Positions 1 through 7,933 of a DNA stretch of 64,000 bases are shown piece by piece. The DNA comes from Eubacteriales bacterium (GTDB taxonomy: Bacteria; Bacillota; Clostridia; Oscillospirales; CAG-382). Under the pieces are notes generated by a model. The model saw only the letters and a program-made list of their open reading frames with translations. It made no database searches and was not told the origin of the DNA. Positions within the stretch are counted from its first letter, which is position 1. Each line of letters starts with the position of its first letter. Location: positions 3,574 through 67,573 of the forward strand of contig JAZSQJ010000015.1 of assembly GCA_045537905.1 (NCBI GenBank). Direction: 5' to 3'. Made by a program: the position numbers and the translations under genes.

Positions 1-1
1 C

Positions 2-1108
2 AGCGCAGACTGCATTTTTGAGGGTACGGATTGCCGTAATTACGGCATTGTGGACGGTATTCCTGCGGCAAAACGCCTGTTTGCCGATATCCTTGGCACT
101 ACTCCCGAAAAGGTTATCGTTGGCGGTAACTCCAGCCTTAACCTTATGTTCGATGCCGTTGCCCGTGCTATGCTTCGCGGAGTTATGGATGGGGAAAAGC
201 CTTGGTGTAGCTATGACGAGATAAGCTTCCTTTGTCCTGTTCCCGGCTATGACAGGCATTTTGCTATCTGCAATTACTTCGGTATAAATATGATAAACGT
301 TCCTCTTACTGCAGAGGGGCCCGATATGGATATGGTAGAGGCGCTTGTATCCGAGGATGAGACTATAAAGGGTATGTGGTGCGTGCCCAAGTACGCTAAT
401 CCTACGGGCATAACCTACTCGGCAGAAACGGTACGCCGTATGGCTTCTCTTTGTCCTAAGGCAAAGGACTTCCGTGTGTTCTGGGACAACGCCTATGTCG
501 TTCACGATTTGAGCGACGATTGTGACAGCCTGCCCGATATCCTTTCCATAGCGGCAGAGTACGGCAACGAGGATATGTTCTATGAGTTTACGTCTACCTC
601 CAAGATAAGCTTCCCCGGCGCAGGTCTTGCGGCAATAGCTTCCGGTGAGGCTAATATCAAGCGTATCGCTAAGGAGATGTCCTATCAGACCATCGGTCAC
701 GATAAGCTAAACCAGCTCCGTCACGTAAAGCTGTTCCCTGATAAGGCAGCGGTTATGGAGCATATGAAGAAGCACGCAGCCCTTATCAAGCCTAAGTTTG
801 ATGCAGTGCTGGATGCCTTTGCAGCGGAAGGTATTGACAAGCTGGCAGGCGTAAGCTATACCAGACCCAAGGGCGGTTATTTTATAAGCCTTGATTTGCC
901 CAACGGCTGTGCAAAGCGTCTTGTTCAGCTTGCGGCAGAGGCAGGACTTGCCCTTACAGCGGCAGGTGCAACTTTCCCCTACGGTAAGGACGTCAAGGAC
1001 AGCAACCTCCGAATAGCGCCCACCTTCCCCAGTCTTGAGAATATCCAAAAAGCGGCAAAGCTTCTTTGCTGTTGTATTAAATTAGTTGTAGCAGAACATA
1101 GCCTGTAA
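2..1108 (+). CDS. PLP-dependent aminotransferase (fold type I, class I/II), 5' end cut by window edge
   Basis: The frame stays open from nt 2 to the GTG at 50 used by the ORF track, so the gene starts upstream of the window. Motifs KYANPTGITYS, FWDNAYVVHDL and TSTSKISFPGAG (PLP-lysine context) are typical of class I/II aminotransferases. A hairpin terminator follows. Confidence 0.8.
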   Translation, partial: SADCIFEGTDCRNYGIVDGIPAAKRLFADILGTTPEKVIVGGNSSLNLMFDAVARAMLRGVMDGEKPWCSYDEISFLCPVPGYDRHFAICNYFGINMINVPLTAEGPDMDMVEALVSEDETIKGMWCVPKYANPTGITYSAETVRRMASLCPKAKDFRVFWDNAYVVHDLSDDCDSLPDILSIAAEYGNEDMFYEFTSTSKISFPGAGLAAIASGEANIKRIAKEMSYQTIGHDKLNQLRHVKLFPDKAAVMEHMKKHAALIKPKFDAVLDAFAAEGIDKLAGVSYTRPKGGYFISLDLPNGCAKRLVQLAAEAGLALTAAGATFPYGKDVKDSNLRIAPTFPSLENIQKAAKLLCCCIKLVVAEHSL

Positions 1109-1165
1109 TAAAAACGGAGCTATCTCATTAGTATAAAGACTTAATTATCAAACGCAAAACAACAT

Positions 1166-1210
1166 ACACCCCCGAGTAGACCTTGGATTTCTATTCGGGG
1201 GTGTATTTCT
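1166..1210 (+). terminator. intrinsic terminator of the aminotransferase gene
   Basis: Stem-loop ACACCCCCGA / 19-nt loop / TCGGGGGTGT, followed by ATTTCT. Confidence 0.6.
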
Positions 1211-1372
1211 GAGAAAAATGCTTTTGGTGAAGTTTTCGCAGGGGCGAAAGTGAAGTTGTTATCATAAATAACAGTGAAGTTTGGTCTTACAGACCAAGTG
1301 AACTTCACTTGCCCTTTAGGGCAAACTTAGTAGGGGTTGTCTCAAATGAAAATTTGAGACAACCCCGTTTTA

Positions 1373-1867
1373 TTAATCCTTAATAACCGTTACCTTTTCA
1401 ATAACGGGCTGTTCTTCAAACAAAACGGTGCCGTTATTGTCTATGGGGCGAACCATCTTCGCAATGGCGTCCACAACGTCAATGCCGTCGGTAACAACGC
1501 CAAAGGCGGCGTACTGACCGTCGAGGAAGGTAGCGTCCTCGTGTACTATAAAGAACTGGCTGGAAGCGCTGTTAGGGTCAGACGCCCTTGCCATAGAGAT
1601 TACACCACGCTTGTGGGAGATAGTGTTCTTAAAGCCGTTAGCGGCAAACTCGCCCCTGATATTGTTCATACTGCCGCCCATACCGTTATGCTCAGGGTCA
1701 CCGCCCTGTATCATAAAGCCTCTTATAATACGGTGGAAGGTAAGCCCGTCATAAAAGCCCATCTCTGCCAGCTTTACGAAATTAGCCACGGTAATAGGGG
1801 CGTCGACAGGGTTAAGGGCAAGGGTAATAGTACCAAAATCTCTTATCTCCATTTTTACAGTAAACAT
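1373..1867 (-). CDS. ppiB: cyclophilin-type peptidyl-prolyl cis-trans isomerase
   Basis: Motifs FHRIIRGFMIQGGDP, SMARASDPNSASSQFFI and LDGQYAAFG are canonical cyclophilin signatures. The ATG at 1865-1867 has a GGAGG 7 nt upstream. The longer ORF-track start at 1957 is a TTG with no RBS and overlaps the upstream terminator. Confidence 0.9.
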   Translation of the reverse strand: MFTVKMEIRDFGTITLALNPVDAPITVANFVKLAEMGFYDGLTFHRIIRGFMIQGGDPEHNGMGGSMNNIRGEFAANGFKNTISHKRGVISMARASDPNSASSQFFIVHEDATFLDGQYAAFGVVTDGIDVVDAIAKMVRPIDNNGTVLFEEQPVIEKVTVIKD

Positions 1868-1934
1868 ATTAAAACCTCCGTAAATTAATATTTTCAAGCT
1901 ATTATATATCAAAACGCCAAATAAAGCAAGATAA

Positions 1935-1970
1935 AAATAAACATCCGCCACAGCCAACGGATGCTTATTT
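1935..1970 (-). terminator. intrinsic terminator of the acyl-CoA ligase gene
   Basis: Minus-strand hairpin AAATAAGCATCCG / 10-nt loop / CGGATGTTTATTT running into a T-rich tract. It lies directly after the stop at 1977. Confidence 0.6.
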
Positions 1971-1976
1971 TTTGTC

Positions 1977-3650
1977 TTACTGCTTTTTAATATCGTTTCT
2001 CTTTATCTTTTTGGAGGAGGTCTTAGGGAACTCCTCGTCACGGATAACAACCTTGTGTATGTGCTTGTAGGAGGGAAGCCCCTTAAGCATGGCCTGTATA
2101 TCAGCCTTAAATATTTCTTCATAGCTTCTGCCGTCCTTGGGCATAAGCTCCTTATCAAGATAACCCTCAGCACAAAGGTCAACCTCGGCGCCTTTTTCGT
2201 CCTTAACGGAGTAAACAACCGCATCCTTAACGTAGGGAATGGAGTAGATGTAGTTTTCTATCTCCTCGGGGTAAATGTTCTTACCGTTGTCAAGTATGAT
2301 AAGATTCTTTTTTCTGCCGGTAATATAAAGACTGCCATCGGTGTAGTGACCAAGGTCACCGGTGTGGAACCAACCGTCAACAAGAACCTCGGCGGTCTGT
2401 TCGGGGTCTTTGTAGTAGCCCATCATAACCACGTCGCCCTTAACGCAAATTTCACCGTTGCTGTTTTCGTCCTTGTTGTCTATCTCAATCTCAAGGCAGG
2501 GAAGTACAACGCCTACAGAGTCAAAATTGTTGTTATGGCACTGGTTTACGGAAACAAGAGGAGAACACTCTGTAATGCCGTAGCCGATCTCAAGGTCTAT
2601 ACCGATGCTGGTAAAGAACGCGCCAACCTCGGCTCTTACAGGCGCGCCGCCGCAAACAAGCTGACGAAGCTCACCGCCAAAGTTGTCTATAATCTGCTTG
2701 AAGAACTTACGGCGAAAGTCTATGCCTATCTTTTTCAAGCCGTTGCTAAGCTTTATCATCTTTCTTACAAGACCAGCCTTGCCCTTTTCCTCAAGAGCCG
2801 CCCAGACACGCTTATAAAACAGCTCTGCAAAAGCGGGTACGATAAACATATACTCAGGCTTATAAAGCTGGATATTGGCAAGCACTGCACGCAAGGACTC
2901 GTTAATACAAATACAGTTGTGCTTGTGTATGCTTACAAGCACACCGATAACAGCCTCGTAGGTGTGGTGGTAGGGAAGCACGGAAAGGCATCTGCCGCTT
3001 ACGTCCTCGACCATAAGACCGTAGTTCAAGGCAGAACGCAGGTTGTGCTGTGAAAGCATAACGCCCTTAGCGTTGCCCGTTGTACCGGAGGTGTAAACCA
3101 GCATCTTAAGCTCCATATCAGGGCTTGTTTTTTCCGTATAAAGGCTGTAGCCCTCAGCCATAAGCTGACGGCCTTCGTCGATAAGGGAATCAATAGAGAT
3201 GGGTTCATCACCGTCAAGGCAAACTACAAGCTTAACATTTTCAAGCTCCTTGGCGCCGGAGGTAAACAGGGGAACAAAGGCCTTATCACAAAAGATAACA
3301 ACGCTCTCGCTATGCTCAATAACGTGAAGCTTATCCTTCTCGGGCAAGTCCTTATCAACGGGAACGATTATATTAGAGCCGCAAAGGGTACTTACGTAGG
3401 TAACAATCCAGTTATAGCTGTTTGCGCCGACGCAAGCTATATGACAGCCCTTGTCAAAGCCTCTGTTTGAAAGAGCGTTACCAAGACATATAGTCTGCTC
3501 ATAAAACTCCTTACAGCCAACCTCTACAGGCTTTCCTGCCTTTTTATGTATAAACAAGGTCTTGTCACCCATAGCGGCAACAGCCTTTTCCATCATATCA
3601 CGGATTGAGTCTATCGTAACGACTTCGTTATACTTAATCTTTTTTGCCAT
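1977..3650 (-). CDS. AMP-dependent synthetase/ligase (long-chain fatty-acid--CoA ligase-like)
   Basis: Adenylate-forming motifs YTSGTTGNAKGVMLSQHNL and WFHTGDLGHYTDGSLYITGRKKNLIILDNGKNIYPEEIE. I prefer the ATG at 3650 (MAKKIKY) because a GGAGG(G) lies 4-5 nt upstream. The ORF-track start at 3662 has no RBS. Confidence 0.85.
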   Translation of the reverse strand: MAKKIKYNEVVTIDSIRDMMEKAVAAMGDKTLFIHKKAGKPVEVGCKEFYEQTICLGNALSNRGFDKGCHIACVGANSYNWIVTYVSTLCGSNIIVPVDKDLPEKDKLHVIEHSESVVIFCDKAFVPLFTSGAKELENVKLVVCLDGDEPISIDSLIDEGRQLMAEGYSLYTEKTSPDMELKMLVYTSGTTGNAKGVMLSQHNLRSALNYGLMVEDVSGRCLSVLPYHHTYEAVIGVLVSIHKHNCICINESLRAVLANIQLYKPEYMFIVPAFAELFYKRVWAALEEKGKAGLVRKMIKLSNGLKKIGIDFRRKFFKQIIDNFGGELRQLVCGGAPVRAEVGAFFTSIGIDLEIGYGITECSPLVSVNQCHNNNFDSVGVVLPCLEIEIDNKDENSNGEICVKGDVVMMGYYKDPEQTAEVLVDGWFHTGDLGHYTDGSLYITGRKKNLIILDNGKNIYPEEIENYIYSIPYVKDAVVYSVKDEKGAEVDLCAEGYLDKELMPKDGRSYEEIFKADIQAMLKGLPSYKHIHKVVIRDEEFPKTSSKKIKRNDIKKQ

Positions 3651-3805
3651 AAAACCCTCCATAAAAAATAAAAACCGATGTAATTGTTAACACTATTATA
3701 CATAGTTTTCATTACTATGTCAATAGGCGGGCAATAAGTTTTTTTATTTTTCTTGACTAAATGACGTGCTTGTGTTACAATGCTTTAAGAAATGGAGGAA
3801 TTAAA

Positions 3806-4318
3806 ATGCTTAGTCTGGACGAGATAAAGGCGTATCGCAGTCCCCGTTGGGACAAGCTGCCTGATATAGATTTGTATATGGATCAGGTGCTGGTGGTGCT
3901 TGACAAGTATCTTTGTATATTCAAAAACAGTGAGGATGAGAAGATAATCACCTCTGCAATGATAAACAACTACGTAAAGCAGAAGATTACCAAGCCCCCT
4001 GTAAACAAAAAGTACACCCGCTATCACGTGGCGTTTTTGTACGTGGTGTGCGTGCTTAAAAACTTTGTAAGCCTGTCGGATATCTGCATAGGCGTAGGCT
4101 CTCTGTTAAGCGGCAGACACTCTGCCGAGGCGTTTGATATGTTTTGTGAGGAGCTGGACGCCGCCCTTGCCGTTACCTTTGGCGATGGGGAGGATAGCAG
4201 GAAAAAGCCTGTTACCGACGAGGAGAAGATACTTCGTGCCGTAACCACAGCCAGTGCAAATATGCTTTATGCAAAGTACTTTATATCCGCAAAGCAAGGG
4301 GAGCCTAAGGATGAATAA
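3806..4318 (+). CDS. DUF1836 family protein
   Basis: GGAGG lies 7 nt upstream of the ATG at 3806. It carries the signature LYMDQV...SAMINNYVKQKITKPPVNKKYTRYHVAFLYVVCVLK. It overlaps the next CDS by 8 nt. Confidence 0.75.
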   Translation: MLSLDEIKAYRSPRWDKLPDIDLYMDQVLVVLDKYLCIFKNSEDEKIITSAMINNYVKQKITKPPVNKKYTRYHVAFLYVVCVLKNFVSLSDICIGVGSLLSGRHSAEAFDMFCEELDAALAVTFGDGEDSRKKPVTDEEKILRAVTTASANMLYAKYFISAKQGEPKDE

Positions 4319-4784
4319 AACTAATGCAATGCGTATGCTTGACAATGCAGGCATAGAATACAAGGCGCTGGAGTACGAGTGTGATGAGTCGGACCTGTCA
4401 GGTACAACCGTTGCGGCAAAGGTAGGACTGCCTCCCGAGATGGTGTTCAAAACCCTTACCGCAAAGGGTGACAAAACGGGACTGTGTGTGTTTTGCATCC
4501 CTGCTGATAAGGAGCTGGATTTGAAGAAGGCAGCAAAGCACAGCGGCAACAAAAGGGTGGAGCTGCTTCCTGTAAAGGAGCTGCTTGGCGCAACGGGCTA
4601 CATTCGCGGCGGCTGCTCTCCCGTGGGGATGAAAAAATCCTACCCCACTTATTTTGACGAAACGGTTATTCTTTTTGAGGAGATAACTATAAGCGCAGGC
4701 GTCCGTGGCTGTCAACTGCTGCTTAATGCGGAAAGGCTTATGGAGTTTTTGAAAGCTCCTTGCTACGACCTGTTAATGCAGTAA
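4311..4784 (+). CDS. ybaK: Cys-tRNA(Pro)/Cys-tRNA(Cys) deacylase, YbaK/EbsC family
   Basis: The N-terminus MNKTNAMRMLDNAGIEYKALEY and the motif GYIRGGCSPVGMKK match the YbaK trans-editing family. It is translationally coupled to the upstream gene. Confidence 0.8.
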   Translation: MNKTNAMRMLDNAGIEYKALEYECDESDLSGTTVAAKVGLPPEMVFKTLTAKGDKTGLCVFCIPADKELDLKKAAKHSGNKRVELLPVKELLGATGYIRGGCSPVGMKKSYPTYFDETVILFEEITISAGVRGCQLLLNAERLMEFLKAPCYDLLMQ

Positions 4785-4797
4785 AAATACAAAAAAC

Positions 4798-4835
4798 AAA
4801 GGGCTGTAAAAAACTCTGTTTTTTACAGCCCTTTT
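4798..4835. terminator. bidirectional-looking intrinsic terminator after ybaK
   Basis: AAAGGGCTGTAAAAAA / ctctg / TTTTTTACAGCCCTTT, a perfect 16-bp stem with A and T tracts. Confidence 0.65.
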
Positions 4836-4994
4836 GCAGGGGATAGGAAAAAATGGTTGGAATGTGCGAGCTGAAGTTCGTACATAGCAAGAAAATATAT
4901 TACAAATAGTTAATCGTGCTTTTGTCACGATTAACAACCGTGTAAGTTGTATAGAATTTTCTTGCGGTCCAGCCTTTTTTTACAGCCCCTTTTA

Positions 4995-5294
4995 TTAAGA
5001 CTTAAATACTTTGTTAAGCACTAGCACTACACAAGCAATAAGACCAAGTACGATTACAACGCCAAGCATACCAAGACCCATATGCTCAAGAGTTTTGGAC
5101 ATATTGTCCGTGGTAAAGGAAAGCTGAACGTCGCCAACTGCGTCCTCGTTATCCTCTACGCTTTCATCTACCGCACCGATGGTAGGAATAGAAGCGTCAG
5201 AGCTTGCCTCAAGGCTATCTTCAGCAAAGGCACTTACGGAGAAAACAGAAATAAGAGTAATAATTGTAAGAATAAATATAATTGTCTTTTTCAT
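4995..5294 (-). CDS. small membrane protein, possible OadG-like gamma subunit
   Basis: The ATG at 5294 has a GAGGTG RBS 6 nt upstream that overlaps the stop of the beta-subunit gene. There is an N-terminal signal-like helix. The C-terminal helix GLGMLGVVIVLGLIACVVLVLNKVF resembles the OadG transmembrane motif. Confidence 0.5.
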   Translation of the reverse strand: MKKTIIFILTIITLISVFSVSAFAEDSLEASSDASIPTIGAVDESVEDNEDAVGDVQLSFTTDNMSKTLEHMGLGMLGVVIVLGLIACVVLVLNKVFKS

Positions 5295-5304
5295 ATTACG
5301 CACC

Positions 5305-6465
5305 TCATCCCTGTACCAGACCGAGAATCAAACCGCCTGCGATAACGGAAGCGATCTGACCGGAAACGTTAGCTGCGGTGGAATGCATAAGCAAGAAGTT
5401 CTGGGGGTCTTCCTTAAGTCCCATCTTATGGATAACACGGGAGGACATAGGGAAGGCAGAAATGCCGGCAGCACCGATCATGGGGTTAACCTTCTTCTTG
5501 GAGAACAGGTTCATAAGCTTACCAAGCATTACGCCGCCAATGGTATCGAATACAAAGGCAAACAGACCAAGACCCATAATAAGGAGGGTAGCGGGCTTAA
5601 GGAAAGCCTCGCCTCTCATAGTGAAGGCGATGGTAATACCAAGGAACAGGGTAACAAGGTTAGCAAGCTCCTTCTGGGCGGTCTGAGAAAGGTTGTCAAG
5701 CACGCCGCACTCTCTGATAAGGTTACCAAACATAAGGAAGCCAACGAGAGCAACGGAAGCGGGAGCAAACAGACCTGCAAGCACGGTAATTATAATGGGG
5801 AAAAGTATGCGTGTTGTCTTGGAAACGGAAGCAGGCTTGTATTCCATTCTTATCATACGTTCCTTTTTGGTGGTGATAAGACGGATAACGGGGGGCTGGA
5901 TAATAGGCACAAGTGCCATATAGGAGTAAGCCGCAACGGTGATAGCACCGATATAGTTGGAATTAAGCGCACGGGAAACAACTATAGCGGTAGGACCGTC
6001 AGCCGCACCGATTATACCGATAGAAGCCGCATCCTTGATGTCGAAGAAGAAGCTGGCTACAAAATAGGTGAAGAAAATACCAAACTGAGCTGCAGCGCCA
6101 AACAACAGCATCTTGGGGTTGGAAAGCAGGGGGCCGAAGTCAATCATCGCACCTATACCGATAAAGAGTATAAGGGGGAAGAGCTCGTTAGCGATACCTG
6201 CGTTATAAAGAGTCTCAAGAACCTCAGAAACGCCCTCGGCAGGAACAAGATTGCCTGCGGCATCCATCTGCAAGGGGGTAGGTAGGTTCATAAGTATTGC
6301 GCCAAAGCCCATAGGGAGAAGCAGTGTAGGTTCCATATCCTTTTTTATCGCAAGATAAATAAGGATAGCGCCGATAAGCCACATAACAGGCATTTGCCAT
6401 TCTATGTTGCCAAAGTAGCGAAACAGTATCTGTATACTATCCATTACGTAACAGCGGCAGTTCAA
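5305..6465 (-). CDS. sodium ion-translocating decarboxylase, beta subunit (OadB/GcdB/MmdB family)
   Basis: Polytopic membrane protein with the family-typical N-terminus ...LAIKKDMEPTLLLPMGFGAILMNLP... The TTG at 6465 has GGAGG 6 nt upstream. The alternative ATG is at 6444. Confidence 0.85.
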   Translation of the reverse strand: MNCRCYVMDSIQILFRYFGNIEWQMPVMWLIGAILIYLAIKKDMEPTLLLPMGFGAILMNLPTPLQMDAAGNLVPAEGVSEVLETLYNAGIANELFPLILFIGIGAMIDFGPLLSNPKMLLFGAAAQFGIFFTYFVASFFFDIKDAASIGIIGAADGPTAIVVSRALNSNYIGAITVAAYSYMALVPIIQPPVIRLITTKKERMIRMEYKPASVSKTTRILFPIIITVLAGLFAPASVALVGFLMFGNLIRECGVLDNLSQTAQKELANLVTLFLGITIAFTMRGEAFLKPATLLIMGLGLFAFVFDTIGGVMLGKLMNLFSKKKVNPMIGAAGISAFPMSSRVIHKMGLKEDPQNFLLMHSTAANVSGQIASVIAGGLILGLVQG

Positions 6466-6536
6466 GCCGCACCTCCTAAAATATTTCCATTTATTTTAAC
6501 TCATTTGTAAGCTTTTGTCAACTGATAAATTAGCCT

Positions 6537-7217
6537 CTAAAAGAATTTACCGTTTCTTAGGAGAGATTTATCCGTTATTCGAAAACTGTTTTTATAATAT
6601 TCAATAAGTCCTTCCTTTTTCATCTTAGAAAGCTCTCTGGAAAGGGCACTTCTGTCCACGTTAAGGTACCTGGCAAGGCCCTCCCGGTCAAAGGGCAGCT
6701 CAAAGGTAGCGGTGCCTGTTTTGCCGTGCATATAATTAAGCAAGCGTATAATCTTATCCCTGATGGTGGTGGCAGAAATACAAATCATCCTGTCCATCAG
6801 GGTAAAGTATTTTTCCGCATAAATCTTTGCAAGGTTTGAAAGCAAAACGCGTCTCTCCTCTGCAAAATCAAGGGATGGCGTCAGCAAGGACTCAAAGGGT
6901 ATAAACAAGGCTGTGCAGGGCACCGTGCTTATAAGGGCAACGGGACTTCGCATAGTATCGTTTGCGGCAAGAAAATCAGCAAAAATCTCACCAACGCCCA
7001 GGCTGGAGATAAGAGTGCTGTCACCGTCAAAGCCAAGGTGTACCGCCTCAATACTTCCTTCCAGCACAATACCCAGCTTGTCGGTACGGTCTCCCTGGTT
7101 AATAATAACCTCCCCCTTACCAAAGCTGCGCTTTACTGCACCTAAGGCTTGCTTAAGCTCTGCCAGTCTGTCCTCCGTAATGCCTGCAAACAAATCACGT
7201 TCCTTCTTAGTTTTCAT
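6537..7217 (-). CDS. Crp/Fnr family transcriptional regulator
   Basis: N-terminal cyclic-nucleotide-binding-like beta-roll (GEVIINQGDRTDKLGIVLEGSIE) and a C-terminal HTH (REGLARYLNVDRSALSRELSKMKKEGLIEY). Confidence 0.85.
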   Translation of the reverse strand: MKTKKERDLFAGITEDRLAELKQALGAVKRSFGKGEVIINQGDRTDKLGIVLEGSIEAVHLGFDGDSTLISSLGVGEIFADFLAANDTMRSPVALISTVPCTALFIPFESLLTPSLDFAEERRVLLSNLAKIYAEKYFTLMDRMICISATTIRDKIIRLLNYMHGKTGTATFELPFDREGLARYLNVDRSALSRELSKMKKEGLIEYYKNSFRITDKSLLRNGKFF

Positions 7218-7222
7218 ATATA

Positions 7223-7795
7223 TTAGCCCTCCCTTTTATACTTAGGGTTAAGCTCTATAAAAATAAAGTAGGGAGACGTAGGTGCATTAAGCACGTTAAA
7301 TCGGTAGGCAGACAGCTCCTTCTGTTCACGCCCGGACAGCATTTCACAGATAAGCTGTCCTTCAATATTGCCCTCCTCGTGACCCGGGTAAACGGCAATA
7401 AGCAAGCAACCACCGGGCTTGATTACGGAAATAGCGGCGTTGATTGCAGGCAGAGTGGTTTCCCTCAAGGTGGTTATCCTTTTGTCCCCTCCGGGTAAAA
7501 AGCCAAGATTAAAAACCCCTGCATCCAAAGGCTCCTTTACGTACTCAAGCAACTTGTGATGGCTATCCTTGATAAGAGTGCACCTCTCCAGACAGTCATT
7601 CTCCTCAAGGAGCTTTTTTGTGTTGGCAAGGGCACCGTCCTGTATATCAAAGGCATAAACCTTGCCCTCCTTGCCAACCCTTTCCGCCAGCCATAGAGTA
7701 TCGTGGCCGTTGCCCATAGTAAAGTCGCCAACAACGCTTCCGTTGCCGATGTGGTCGGCAAGCAAATCCTTTTCAATTACACGCAAACTCAGCAT
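7223..7795 (-). CDS. class I SAM-dependent methyltransferase (PF06962 / YtqB-MnmM-like)
   Basis: Motif GDFTMGNGHDTLWLAERVGKEGKVYAFDIQDGALANTKKLL is typical of the YtqB-type putative RNA methylase family. The ATG at 7795 (MLSLRV) is preferred over the TTG at 7834. Confidence 0.7.
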   Translation of the reverse strand: MLSLRVIEKDLLADHIGNGSVVGDFTMGNGHDTLWLAERVGKEGKVYAFDIQDGALANTKKLLEENDCLERCTLIKDSHHKLLEYVKEPLDAGVFNLGFLPGGDKRITTLRETTLPAINAAISVIKPGGCLLIAVYPGHEEGNIEGQLICEMLSGREQKELSAYRFNVLNAPTSPYFIFIELNPKYKREG

Positions 7796-7933
7796 AACTC
7801 TTTCCTTTCTGCCTCGTTTAATTTTCACAAACAAAAAGACGGTTTTTTCAAACGCGTCTTTTTGCTTGCTTTATTCAAATATTATTACTTACTGAAAAAA
7901 TATTCGGGTCGAAAACGTTCAAGTCAACGGGAC

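Noticed and set aside
1868-1957. 30-aa N-terminal extension of the cyclophilin ORF that could look like a membrane anchor
   Set aside because: It would need a TTG start without an RBS, and it runs through the terminator hairpin of the upstream ligase gene. The internal ATG at 1867 has a GGAGG at ideal spacing.
1977-3650. The two AMP-dependent ligases (1977-3650 and the C-terminal half of 40285-42744) as recent duplicates
   Set aside because: Apart from the universal adenylation motifs, the sequences differ throughout (for example YTSGTTGNAKGV versus YTSGTTGFPKGV contexts, and different C-termini). They appear to be distant family members.
5179-6285. 368-aa plus-strand ORF
   Set aside because: It is antisense to the decarboxylase beta-subunit gene. 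Its product is hydrophilic, Gly/Lys-rich and motif-free, whereas the minus strand encodes a canonical polytopic OadB-type protein.
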